DNA of 64,000 nt from Candidatus Dormibacteria bacterium (lineage in GTDB: Bacteria; Chloroflexota; Dormibacteria; Aeolococcales; Aeolococcaceae), in NCBI GenBank assembly GCA_049521435.1, contig JBEKOU010000010.1, positions 4,454 to 68,453 on the forward strand, read 5' to 3'. Within the stretch, counting starts at the first letter, position 1. Every line of letters begins with the position of its first letter. Below the pieces are notes generated by a model, which worked only from the letters and a program-made list of their open reading frames with translations, was not told the origin of the DNA and made no database searches. Shown one piece after another: positions 8,684-17,567 of the stretch. A program made the position numbers and the translations under genes.

Positions 8684-9906
8684 CCGGTGCGCCCGGGAGC
8701 CGGCGCCGACCGCACCGCGGCCGGGATCTCGCGCAGCACTGCGTCGGCGGTCATGAGACCTCGCCGGATCGGCACGACGTCGTGGACACGCACGATCTCC
8801 GCGCCCGCCGCCACGGCGAGGACGCAGAGCGCCAGCGTCCCCTCCAGCCGCAGCTCGGGCGGGGCCCCCTCGAGCACCAGGCCGATGGTCGACTTCCTCG
8901 AAGCTCCGAGGAGCAGCGGGCATCCGATGCCGCCGAGCTCTCCGAGGCGCTGGACCAGCTCCAGGTTCTGGGCCGGCGTCTTGCCGAAGCCGAAGCCCGG
9001 ATCGACGACGACCCGGTCAGCGGCGATGCCATGGCGCGCCGCGATCAGCAGCGACTCCCGGAGGCCGCGGCCGACCTCCGCGAGCAGCGAGCCCTCCCCG
9101 TGGTCATGGCGGTTGTGCATGGCCACGACGGAGACCCTGGGCGAAGCGGCGACGACGGGTGCCATCTCGGGGTCTCCCCGCAGCCCCCAGATGTCGTTGA
9201 CCATACCCGCGCCGGCGGCGATCGCCGCCCTGGCGACCTCGGCCTTGCGGGTGTCCACCGAGATCGGCACCGGCAGCCGCCCGACCAGGGCCTCCAGGAC
9301 CGGCATCACGCGGCGCAGCTCCGTGGCCGCGTCCACCGGAGCGGAGCCGGGCCGGGTCGACTCGCCGCCGATGTCGATGAGGTCGGCCCCCTCGGCGACC
9401 AGCCGCTCGGCGAGCGCCACCGCCGCGGCGACGTCACCGGCGAGACCGTCGCCTGAGAAGGAGTCGGGGGTGACGTTGAGGATCCCCATGATCAGGGTCC
9501 GGCCCCCGAAACGGAGCCAGCGATCCCCGCAGGGCAGCGGCGGCCGTGACCCATGGCCCGCCAGCGCCGCCGTCAACGCACCGCCCAGATCATCGAGGGG
9601 GGGCCCCTCTCCAGCGAGGTGCGTGGCCACTCCGGCGAGGGATGCGGCCGGGCCGGCGAGCACGGCTCGCCGCCCGTCGGGTGCGGCGCCCATCCTGACG
9701 CCGCCCGCCCGGGCCGCGCGATCCAGCCCCGAGGCCTGGTCGGGGACGAGGCCTTCGATGGCGACCGCCTCGCCGCAGTCGCCGGCCAGACCCGCCTCGA
9801 CCCCCATCTCCAGGAGGGCGCTGCGCAGCTGGAGGGGCGCGCGCACCGTGAGAGGGCGGATGTTGTAGCGAAGCGCTGCCTCAGCCGCCGCGATCCCGGT
9901 GGTCAC
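8680..9906 (-). CDS. folP: Dihydropteroate synthase with an extra N-terminal domain
   Basis: Core motifs IMGILNVTPDSFSGDG, DIGGESTRPG, ISVDT and VNDIWG are present. About 120 extra N-terminal residues resemble the accessory domain of some long FolP forms. GTG 9906 follows GGGAG by 6 nt. Confidence 0.85.
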   Translation of the reverse strand: MTTGIAAAEAALRYNIRPLTVRAPLQLRSALLEMGVEAGLAGDCGEAVAIEGLVPDQASGLDRAARAGGVRMGAAPDGRRAVLAGPAASLAGVATHLAGEGPPLDDLGGALTAALAGHGSRPPLPCGDRWLRFGGRTLIMGILNVTPDSFSGDGLAGDVAAAVALAERLVAEGADLIDIGGESTRPGSAPVDAATELRRVMPVLEALVGRLPVPISVDTRKAEVARAAIAAGAGMVNDIWGLRGDPEMAPVVAASPRVSVVAMHNRHDHGEGSLLAEVGRGLRESLLIAARHGIAADRVVVDPGFGFGKTPAQNLELVQRLGELGGIGCPLLLGASRKSTIGLVLEGAPPELRLEGTLALCVLAVAAGAEIVRVHDVVPIRRGLMTADAVLREIPAAVRSAPAPGRTG

Positions 9907-9943
9907 CTTCTGCTCCCGTTCCTCATGCGCTGACCTGGATCGG

Positions 9944-10639
9944 TCAGTATCCGTCGGCGTCCAGGGCGGCGTGGTCCATTCCCACCGCATGCCCCACCTC
10001 GTGGAGCACGGTGCGCGCGATCTCGCGGGAGAGCGCCGCCCGGTCCGGGCACCAGTTCTCGATGTTCAGCTGGTAGATCTGGATGGACGCGGGGTTGGCC
10101 AGTCCCCAGACGCCGGTCACGCCGTAGACGTTTCCCAGCCAGTAGCCGAGAGCGTGGGGATCGAGGCGCGATTCGACGACCAGTTCCACGGTGGGCAGCC
10201 GGAGGGCCGCGATGACGGTCCCGGTCTCCTCCAGGAAGTCGATGACCCGGGCGGGGAGGCCCGGCAGCACCGCCCCGGCCACCGCCTCGAACTCGGCCGG
10301 GGAGATCCGGAAGGGAACGGCGTACGTCTGCGGGTCGAGCCGCGCGGCGCTCCGGAAGCACTCCTCCGCCTCGGCGCGTCCGTTCCACTGGAGCGCCTCT
10401 CCCAGGCCGAACCAGGCACTGGCCGAGTCCGGTTCCAAGCGGGTGAGGTGGTTCCAGGCCTCCGCCGACTCCGCCAGCTCTCCGCTCCGGAGGGCCATCT
10501 CACCGCGGGCTTCCCAGGCAGCCGGTTCGTCGGGCACGAGCGCGCAGGCGCGGCGTGCGACGGCCAGGGCGTCGGCGAAGCGCTCGCGCTCCTCCAGCCT
10601 GTCGATCCGGTCCAACAGCCGGGTCATCGCGTCGGACAT
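9944..10639 (-). CDS. TPR plus Zincin_1 (DUF1025-type) metallopeptidase-family protein
   Basis: N-terminal TPR-like helices (AWEARGEMALRSGELAESAEAWNHLTRLEPDSASAWFGLGEAL). C-terminal TVLHEVGHAVGMDH carries HExxH. Start taken at ATG 10639 (MSDAMTR). Confidence 0.65.
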   Translation of the reverse strand: MSDAMTRLLDRIDRLEERERFADALAVARRACALVPDEPAAWEARGEMALRSGELAESAEAWNHLTRLEPDSASAWFGLGEALQWNGRAEAEECFRSAARLDPQTYAVPFRISPAEFEAVAGAVLPGLPARVIDFLEETGTVIAALRLPTVELVVESRLDPHALGYWLGNVYGVTGVWGLANPASIQIYQLNIENWCPDRAALSREIARTVLHEVGHAVGMDHAALDADGY

Positions 10640-10670
10640 GCAGCCGCTTCCCGTCGCCCGCCGCGGGGGA

Positions 10671-11249
10671 TCAGCCGGCCCGCGGGGCCGCGGCGGGAAC
10701 CACCCGGCCCGCCTCGCCTGCCGGCGCGCGCAGGGCGTCGAGGACGGCATCGATCGGGGGATGGTCACCGGCACTGCCACTCACGTAGGCGTACGCCACC
10801 CGGTCGCCCGGAAGCATCACGTAGACCCCTCCCTGCTGATCGGGGACCCCTCGCACCCCGCTCTGGCGGTGGCCGTGGCGGAAGGCCCTGATCCCCGCCG
10901 CCAGGCCGGCCGGACCGACGGTGGAGAGCCAGCCACGCCGGGCGCCGATGGCCCGGTAGCTCTCCAGCCCGGGGTCGGTCAGCACCCGGCAGCCCGGGCA
11001 CTCAGCCGCCTCGAACTCCCGCGCCCAGGTGAGCCCACCGTTGCCGACGAAGACCAGCCCGGCGTCGAGAGCCTCGATCTCCGGCCGCCGTCCCCGGAAG
11101 GCGGCGGCCTGCTCCTTGCAGAGGAGGCAGCCAAAGTGGCGCAGCCAGACGACGACGGCGGGGCGGTCGCGCCACTCGTCACCCAGGCGCACCGCCTCTC
11201 CGCTCAGGGCGATGACCCGGCACTCGGCCAGGGCGCTCGCGGCAGACAT
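10671..11249 (-). CDS. Peroxiredoxin-like AhpC/TSA_2 (PRXL2-type) thioredoxin-fold protein
   Basis: VVVWLRHFGCLLCKEQ motif. 192 aa. Confidence 0.65.
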   Translation of the reverse strand: MSAASALAECRVIALSGEAVRLGDEWRDRPAVVVWLRHFGCLLCKEQAAAFRGRRPEIEALDAGLVFVGNGGLTWAREFEAAECPGCRVLTDPGLESYRAIGARRGWLSTVGPAGLAAGIRAFRHGHRQSGVRGVPDQQGGVYVMLPGDRVAYAYVSGSAGDHPPIDAVLDALRAPAGEAGRVVPAAAPRAG

Positions 11250-11508
11250 GGACCGAGTCTATGCCTGGAGCCGCACGCCCTACGGAGGCGTGGCGCACCA
11301 GATCCGACCAGCCCCCGAGAGCGGAAGTGGCAGGCGGCGGACGCTCGCACAACGAAACGGTCGCTCAACTTGTGCGTGGAGTACATGACCACGTGGGACC
11401 GACACCCCGTAGCCTCAGGGAGAACCGGTTCCGGCCATGGCCGGGGCCACCTGAAAATGATGCTCGGGTGATCGTGGGAGCTGTGCCTCCCCCGCAAGCC
11501 CCTTTTTT

Positions 11509-11539
11509 GGACGGGCCTGGCGTGTCGCCGGGCCCGTCC
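11509..11539 (-). terminator. GC-rich hairpin 28 nt downstream of the methyltransferase stop
   Basis: GGACGGGCC(11509-11517)/GGCCCGTCC(11531-11539), extendable through UGGCG/CGCCG to a ~14-bp stem with a 3-nt loop. On the minus-strand RNA the hairpin is followed by A6, not U, so this is not a canonical intrinsic terminator. Confidence 0.3.
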
Positions 11540-11566
11540 CTGTTAACGGGGTTCTTCGGCACCCTC

Positions 11567-12307
11567 TCACCGCCCCAGAGGATCGTTCCCGGTGGTGACG
11601 TAGGTGGCGCACCTCTCACGCGCGAGGGTCACCGCGGCCCCGCTGATGTCCGCGCCGACGAACGAGCAGCCGGCGGCAAGCGATGCGAGAGCCGAGCTGC
11701 CGCTGCCGGCGAACGGGTCGCACACGACCATCCCCGGCTCGACGCTCCCCAGCAACATCCGGGAGAAGAGCTCCACCGGTTTCTGGGTCGGGTATGCGCC
11801 GCGGTGGACCCGCTTGATCCGCCAGACGTCGCCGAGATCGCGTCGCGAGAGACGGCGGCTGCCCTTGCTGGCGAACACCACCAGCTCGTGGCGGCGCCGG
11901 AAGTAATGGCCCATGCCGATGTTGACCTTGTCCCAGACGATGAGCCCCTTGACGTTGAAGTGCTCGCGCATCAGCGCGCCCAGGCTGAGCAGGGAGAAGG
12001 AGTCGAACATCACGTAGATGTGGCGGTCGGGCCGGAGCACCCGGTGGCACTCGCCGAGGAAACGGGAGAAGGTCGCGGGGTCGTCGTGAAACTCCTGGAA
12101 CCACCGGGTGTTCCCGGGCTCGCCGTAGCGGCCCACGATCCGCCCCCGTCCAAACTGCATGTGCTCGTTCATCCCCGAGTAGGCGGGATCCGTGACGATG
12201 CAGTCGATCGACTCGTCCTCGAGACCGGCCAGGAAGTCCAGGCAGTCGGCCACCTCGACGCGCCACGCCGGGGCGGTGTCCGGGAGGTCTGGAACCGCTA
12301 GGCCCAT
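11567..12307 (-). CDS. Beta-class N4/N6 DNA methyltransferase (N6_N4_Mtase family), orphan
   Basis: Motif IV variant IVTDPAYSG precedes motif I VCDPFAGSGSS, which is the beta-class order. YPTQKPVELF is present. Start taken at ATG 12307. No adjacent restriction endonuclease was recognised. Confidence 0.8.
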   Translation of the reverse strand: MGLAVPDLPDTAPAWRVEVADCLDFLAGLEDESIDCIVTDPAYSGMNEHMQFGRGRIVGRYGEPGNTRWFQEFHDDPATFSRFLGECHRVLRPDRHIYVMFDSFSLLSLGALMREHFNVKGLIVWDKVNIGMGHYFRRRHELVVFASKGSRRLSRRDLGDVWRIKRVHRGAYPTQKPVELFSRMLLGSVEPGMVVCDPFAGSGSSALASLAAGCSFVGADISGAAVTLARERCATYVTTGNDPLGR

Positions 12308-12498
12308 CGCCGGAAGCTTATCCGGGGTCCGTGGCGCGCGGTTGGTTCGGAGAGCGCCGCACACGGATTCCTCCGGACACGACGCGTCGGGAGGCCACCT
12401 CCGACGAGCGGCGCTCGGCGGACGCACAAGCTGACGTCGGCGCAGTTTGGCGTCCGCGTCCATGTCGCGAAACGCCCGGGCCCGGGAGACTCGACTCC

Positions 12499-13863
12499 AT
12501 GGCCATGCTCGCACCCAGCGCTCACCCGCCCGTCCGGTCGACCGCCGACGCGGCCGGCCTGGCGGAGCGCGCCACCGCCTGGTTCGCCGACCACGCCGTG
12601 GACTTCGGCGTGTTCGACGGCGGCGCCCTGGTGCAGCGTCCGATCCCCTTCGACCCGCTGCCGCGGAGGCTGGCGCGCGCGCACTGGGAGGAGCTCGCTC
12701 GCGGGCTGACCCAGCGGGTGGTCGCCCTCGACTGCTTCGTGCGCGACGTCTACGGCGAGCAGCGGATCCTCGGCGACCGCATCCTGCCGCGAGAGCTGGT
12801 GGCCGCCAGCTCGTCCTTCCTTCGCGCCGCCGCCGGCCCGGCCGCGCGCACCGGTCCGCAGGTCTGCGTCGCCGGCATCGACCTGGTCCGTGTCAGCGGG
12901 CGCTGGCTCGTGCTGGAGGACAACCTCCGCGTCCCCTCGGGCGTGGCCTACTCGCTGGCCGCCCGTCGAGCCTCGGTGGAGCTGCTGCCGGCGGAGATGG
13001 CCGCGGCGCGCCCCATCTCGGTGGCCGAATACCCGCGCCGGCTGGCTGCCGAGCTGGCCCGGCGCGGAGCCGGCGAAGGGACGCCGGTCCTTCTCACTCC
13101 GGGGCCCGCCAATGCCGCGTACTACGAGCACCGCGAGCTCGCCCGGCTGCTGCGCGTGCCGCTCGTCACCGGTGACCAGCTCATCGCCAGCCATCGCGGC
13201 TGCTGGTGGACGGACGGCACCACCACCCGCCCGGTCTCGGCCATCTACCACCGCTACTCCCCCGAGTACCTGGACCCGGTGGCAACGCCGGAGACGGTCA
13301 TCGGCAGCCCCTTCCTGCTCACCGCCTGGCGCAACGGTGCGGTGGGGCTGGCCAACGCGCCCACCTGCGGGGTGGCCGACAACAAGGCCGTGTTCGCCTA
13401 CGTGCCGGGCATGATCCGCTACTACCTGGGCGAGGAACCGCTCCTCCAGCAGCCGCCGACCTTCACCCTGGGGAGCCGGAGCCACCTCAGGACCGCGCTG
13501 GCTCGGGTGGACGAGATGGTCTTCAAACCGGTCGGTGAGAGCGGCGGCAAGGGGATCATGTTTGGCCCGTCGGCGCGACCGCAAGAGCGTGACCGGATCC
13601 GGCGCCAGGTCGAGGCCAACCCCACCGGGTACGTCGCTCAGCCGGCGCTGGAGGTGGAGACGCTCCCCTGCGTCCAGCCGGACGGGACCACGGAGATGCG
13701 ACGGGCCGACCTCCGCGCCTTCGTCATCCATGGCGACGACCCCTGGGTCATGCCCGGAGGGCTCACCAGGGTGGCGCCGAGCGCCGATTGCTGGCTGGTG
13801 AACTCCTCGGCGGGCGGAGGCGTCAAGGACACCTGGATCGAGGGGGTGGACGCATGGCCATGA
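12499..13863 (+). CDS. Circularly permuted type-2 ATP-grasp protein
   Basis: LEDNLRVPSGVAY, GVADNKAVFAYVP, VFKPVGESGGKGI and NSSAGGGVKDTW are typical of the CP_ATPgrasp_2/COG2308 family. ATG 12499 follows GGGAGA. Confidence 0.8.
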   Translation: MAMLAPSAHPPVRSTADAAGLAERATAWFADHAVDFGVFDGGALVQRPIPFDPLPRRLARAHWEELARGLTQRVVALDCFVRDVYGEQRILGDRILPRELVAASSSFLRAAAGPAARTGPQVCVAGIDLVRVSGRWLVLEDNLRVPSGVAYSLAARRASVELLPAEMAAARPISVAEYPRRLAAELARRGAGEGTPVLLTPGPANAAYYEHRELARLLRVPLVTGDQLIASHRGCWWTDGTTTRPVSAIYHRYSPEYLDPVATPETVIGSPFLLTAWRNGAVGLANAPTCGVADNKAVFAYVPGMIRYYLGEEPLLQQPPTFTLGSRSHLRTALARVDEMVFKPVGESGGKGIMFGPSARPQERDRIRRQVEANPTGYVAQPALEVETLPCVQPDGTTEMRRADLRAFVIHGDDPWVMPGGLTRVAPSADCWLVNSSAGGGVKDTWIEGVDAWP

Positions 13864-14711
13864 TCTCCCTCACCCACAGCACGGTACAGCGCTATCCCGC
13901 CCCTGCACGCCGGAGCAGAAACGAGGTTCGCCTTCAGCCCCGGGACGGAGACGGATACCGGCTGGTGGAATTCGACCTGGAGGTCTCTCCAAGCGCCGAG
14001 ATCGACTCCGAGCGCGATTACTTCGACAACACCGTCTGGCTCGTCTCCGTGGAGGCGGAGCACCGCGAGCTCGCCATCACCGCGCGGAGCGTGATCGAGT
14101 GGGAGGGCGACCATCCGGACGAGCTGAGCACCCCGGTCGCCTGGGATGCGGCGGAGCTCTCCTGCCACCCGGCCCTCGAGTTCGCGCTGCCGTCACCCGG
14201 GGTGCCCCGGCTCGGCGAGACCAGAGCGCTGATCCGTGAGCTCGACCTCCCGGCGCACCCGGCAGCCGCCGTCGTCGAGGCCAACCACCGGCTGCGCGAG
14301 GTCTTCACCTACCAGGCCGGGACGACCAGTGTCGCCACCTCGCTGCAAGAGGTCCTCTCGCTGCGGACGGGGGTGTGCCAGGACTTTGCCCACGTGCTGC
14401 TGGCGATCGCCCGTGAGCTGGGCTGGCCGGCCCGCTACGTCAGCGGTTACCTGGTTCCAGAGGTCGGGGCCGAACCGGGTGAGAGCCACGCCTGGGTCGA
14501 GATCTGCGCCGGGAACGGCAGGTGGTTCGGCTACGACCCCACCCACGGATGCGCGGCCGGTCCGGGACACATCGCGGTCGCCGTCGGTCGCGACTACGGC
14601 GATGCCGCCCCCGTCCGGGGGACGTTCATGAGCTCCGCTCCGGGGCTCGCCCCCGAGGTCAGCGTCATCACGCGGAGAGACGCCCGGGGAGGGCCGGAGA
14701 TGGACCAGTGA
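13854..14711 (+). CDS. Transglutaminase-like cysteine peptidase-fold protein (Bact_transglu_N plus core)
   Basis: N-terminal ISLTHSTVQRYPAPA..NEVRLQPR. Core GVCQDFAHVLLAIARELGWPARYVSGY..HAWVE..DPTH supplies Cys-His-Asp. The start overlaps the ATP-grasp stop (ATGGCCATGA). Confidence 0.85.
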   Translation: MAMISLTHSTVQRYPAPARRSRNEVRLQPRDGDGYRLVEFDLEVSPSAEIDSERDYFDNTVWLVSVEAEHRELAITARSVIEWEGDHPDELSTPVAWDAAELSCHPALEFALPSPGVPRLGETRALIRELDLPAHPAAAVVEANHRLREVFTYQAGTTSVATSLQEVLSLRTGVCQDFAHVLLAIARELGWPARYVSGYLVPEVGAEPGESHAWVEICAGNGRWFGYDPTHGCAAGPGHIAVAVGRDYGDAAPVRGTFMSSAPGLAPEVSVITRRDARGGPEMDQ

Positions 14712-14723
14712 GCTGATCTCCGG

Positions 14724-14762
14724 GGGGCTGGTAGCCCGGTGGCGGCCCGGGCTACCAGCCCC
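14724..14762. terminator. Perfect 16-bp hairpin between convergent genes
   Basis: GGGGCTGGTAGCCCGG (14724-14739) and CCGGGCTACCAGCCCC (14747-14762) with a 7-nt loop. It lies between the stops at 14711 and 14814. No U-tract. Confidence 0.5.
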
Positions 14763-14813
14763 AGGGGCACCTCCGCGCCGCGCGCGATCGCCGCGGAATG
14801 GGCCGGCCCGGGT

Positions 14814-15389
14814 TCAGCCCGGCGTGCTGTCCGAGGGGGGGTCGTCGGCCGGCTGCCCCGGTCCCGGCGCACCGCCCTGGCGGTCGTCCGGTGCGGCCGG
14901 GGGGTCGGCGTGCGGCAGCTGCCGCTTGCGGGGCCAGAGGCCCTCGTCGGGCGGCGCAGGCTGATCGCCGCCGGGGGAGGGGCGGTCGTCGAAGGAGGTG
15001 GCTCCCCGGGTCGGGGCCCCGGGCGCGCCAGGTCCGGCGAAACCGAGGCTGCGGAGGAGCTTCTCCAGCTCCTCGGGGCCGCCGAGGTCCTCCTGGACAC
15101 GCTCGGCGAAACGGGAGAGGAGGTCGGAGAGCTGAGGGTCGCCGGTCAGCTTGTCCTGGAGGCCGCCGAGCTGGGAGAAGAGGTCGCGCATCGCCGCCTC
15201 CTGGGCCACCTGCATCAGCACCGGCTGGGAAGCGGCCGCGGCCACCGCCTGCGCCTGCTGGCGGACCACCTCGAAGCCCTTGCAGCTCAGGCAGTTGCCC
15301 TGGTGCTGGCAGCGGCACAGCTGTGACTTGAGCGAGTCCAGCTCGCGGTGGAGTCCCGAGAGGTCCACTCCCGGTTGTGGATCGGCCAT
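14814..15389 (-). CDS. Hypothetical protein with a CxCx5CxxC cluster and a Pro/Gly-rich tail
   Basis: 191-aa ORF. N-terminal LCRCQHQGNCLSCKG. No family recognised. Confidence 0.45.
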   Translation of the reverse strand: MADPQPGVDLSGLHRELDSLKSQLCRCQHQGNCLSCKGFEVVRQQAQAVAAAASQPVLMQVAQEAAMRDLFSQLGGLQDKLTGDPQLSDLLSRFAERVQEDLGGPEELEKLLRSLGFAGPGAPGAPTRGATSFDDRPSPGGDQPAPPDEGLWPRKRQLPHADPPAAPDDRQGGAPGPGQPADDPPSDSTPG

Positions 15390-15512
15390 GCGTCGATCCT
15401 ACGCGCCATGAGACCCGGCGGCTCCCGAAGCCCCCGCTGCGCCGGCCCGGCGACCCCGACCGATGGTGGGCGGCCCAGACGGTGTGCCCGGTCCCGTCGC
15501 TACAGTCGGCCC

Positions 15513-16535
15513 ATGTCCGCGGTCAGCCGTCGCGCCCTGGTCACCGGGGTCACCGGCCAGGACGGTCCCTACCTCTGTGAGCTGCTCCTCGCGGAGGGGT
15601 ACGAGGTGTACGGGATGGTCATGCCGCGCGAGGTCGTGCCTCCAGAGGTTCCGGCGGCCGTCCACCTCTGGGAGGGGGTTCTGACCGACAGCGCCTCGCT
15701 CACAGCCGCCCTCGCCGCGGCGCAGCCAGAGGAGATCTACAACCTGGCCGCCGCCACGTCGGTCGCCGCGTCCTTCGACGACCCCGTGGCCGTCGCCGAC
15801 GTGACCGGGCTCGGGGTCCTTCGCCTGCTCGAAGCGGTCCGCGGCAGCGGGGCGCCCATCCGCCTGCTCCAGGCGTCCAGCGCCGAGATCTTCGGGGGCG
15901 CGGTGACCTCGCCCCAGGACGAGACCACGCCCCTCTGCCCGATCTCCCCCTACGGGGTGGCGAAGGCCTTCGCCCACCAGACCGTCCAGCTCTACCGGCG
16001 CAGCCATGGGATCTTCGCCGCCACGGCCATCCTCTACAACCACGAGTCGCCGCGCCGCGGCCCGGGCTTCGTCACCCGCAAGATCACGACTGCGGCGGCG
16101 CGGATCTCACGGGGCCTGGACGGCGAGCTGCGGCTCGGGAACCTGGACGTGGAGCGCGACTGGGGCTACGCCCCCGACTACGTCCGCGCCATGCATCTGG
16201 CGCTCCAGCAGGAGGCGCCCGACGACTACGTGGTGGCGACCGGCGAGACCCACGCCCTGCGGGAGCTGCTCGACATCGCGTTCTCGGCGGTCGGGCTCGA
16301 CTGGCACCGGCACGTGGTCACCGATCCCGGGCTGCTCCGGCCGGCCGAGCCCATCCGGCTCTGCGGGGACGCCTCCCGGGCGCGGGCACGCCTCGGCTGG
16401 GCGCCCACCCGCGACTTCCCCGCCATCATCCGCGAGATGGTGGCCGCTGATCTCGACAGGCTCGATCAGACGGTTCCCCCCACCGCTCAGGCACCCGCAT
16501 CGCCCGCGGCCCCACGGCGTGGGGAGCCCGGATGA
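15513..16535 (+). CDS. GDP-mannose 4,6-dehydratase-like SDR (paralogue 1, divergent)
   Basis: [20 protein letters not shown] and the GMD signature YNHESPRRG are present. Start at ATG 15513. Confidence 0.8.
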   Translation: MSAVSRRALVTGVTGQDGPYLCELLLAEGYEVYGMVMPREVVPPEVPAAVHLWEGVLTDSASLTAALAAAQPEEIYNLAAATSVAASFDDPVAVADVTGLGVLRLLEAVRGSGAPIRLLQASSAEIFGGAVTSPQDETTPLCPISPYGVAKAFAHQTVQLYRRSHGIFAATAILYNHESPRRGPGFVTRKITTAAARISRGLDGELRLGNLDVERDWGYAPDYVRAMHLALQQEAPDDYVVATGETHALRELLDIAFSAVGLDWHRHVVTDPGLLRPAEPIRLCGDASRARARLGWAPTRDFPAIIREMVAADLDRLDQTVPPTAQAPASPAAPRRGEPG

Positions 16536-16539
16536 GACG

Positions 16540-17544
16540 ATGCGCGCCATGAGCAAGTCCGCGCTGATCACCGGCATCACGGGGCAGGACGGGAGCTATC
16601 TCGCCGAGCATCTCGTCTCCCTCGGCTACGAGGTGCACGGGCTGATCCGCGGGCAGAACAACCCCCGCGCGGCCATCGTCCGGCGAATCGTCCCTGAGCT
16701 GCACCTGGTGGAAGGGGACCTCCACGACCAGTCGTCGCTGATCAACGTCCTCGAGGCGACCCACCCGGACGAGGTCTACAACCTGGGGGCGATCAGCTTC
16801 GTCGCCCTCTCCTTCAAACAGGCGATCAACACCGGGGAGATCACCGGTCTGGGGGTCACCCGGATGCTGGACGCCATCAGGGTGGTCAACCCGGCGATGC
16901 GCTTCTACCAGGCGTCGAGCAGCGAGATGTTCGGCAAGGTGCGGGAGAGCCCGCAGAACGAGCTGACCCCCTTCCACCCCCGCTCCCCTTACGGGGTGGC
17001 CAAGGTCTACGGGCACCACATCACCGTCAACTACCGGGAGAGCTACGGGATGTTCGCGGTGAGCGGCATCCTCTTCAATCACGAGTCGCCGCGCCGGGGA
17101 CTCGAGTTCGTGACCCGCAAGATCACCGACGGTGCGGTGCGGATCAAGCTGGGGCTGGAGACGGAGCTTCGCCTCGGCAACATCGATGCCGAGCGCGACT
17201 GGGGATTCGCCGGTGACTACGTTCGCGCCATGCACCTGATGCTGCAGCAGGACGAGCCCGACGACTTCGTGGTCGCAACCGGCGAGACCCATTCGGTGCG
17301 CGAGCTCCTGGAGCTCGCCTTCGGCCATCTCGGGCTGCGCTGGCAGGACCACGTGGTGGTCGACGATCGATTCATCCGGCCCGCGGACGTCGCCATGCTG
17401 ATCGGCGACGCCGCCAAGGCCCGCCGCGTCCTCGGCTGGCGGCCCACCGTCTCCTTCTCCGAGCTGATCGCGATGATGGTGGAGTCCGACCTCGGCGCAG
17501 TCGCCGCCGACCTCCCCGCGAGGGCCGCCCCGACGCCGCGATAG
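16540..17544 (+). CDS. gmd: GDP-mannose 4,6-dehydratase (paralogue 2, canonical-looking)
   Basis: [34 protein letters not shown] and FNHESPRRG are present. ATG 16540 or 16549. Confidence 0.85.
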   Translation: MRAMSKSALITGITGQDGSYLAEHLVSLGYEVHGLIRGQNNPRAAIVRRIVPELHLVEGDLHDQSSLINVLEATHPDEVYNLGAISFVALSFKQAINTGEITGLGVTRMLDAIRVVNPAMRFYQASSSEMFGKVRESPQNELTPFHPRSPYGVAKVYGHHITVNYRESYGMFAVSGILFNHESPRRGLEFVTRKITDGAVRIKLGLETELRLGNIDAERDWGFAGDYVRAMHLMLQQDEPDDFVVATGETHSVRELLELAFGHLGLRWQDHVVVDDRFIRPADVAMLIGDAAKARRVLGWRPTVSFSELIAMMVESDLGAVAADLPARAAPTPR

Positions 17545-17567
17545 GTGTCGCCGCCGGGCCTGAACGG

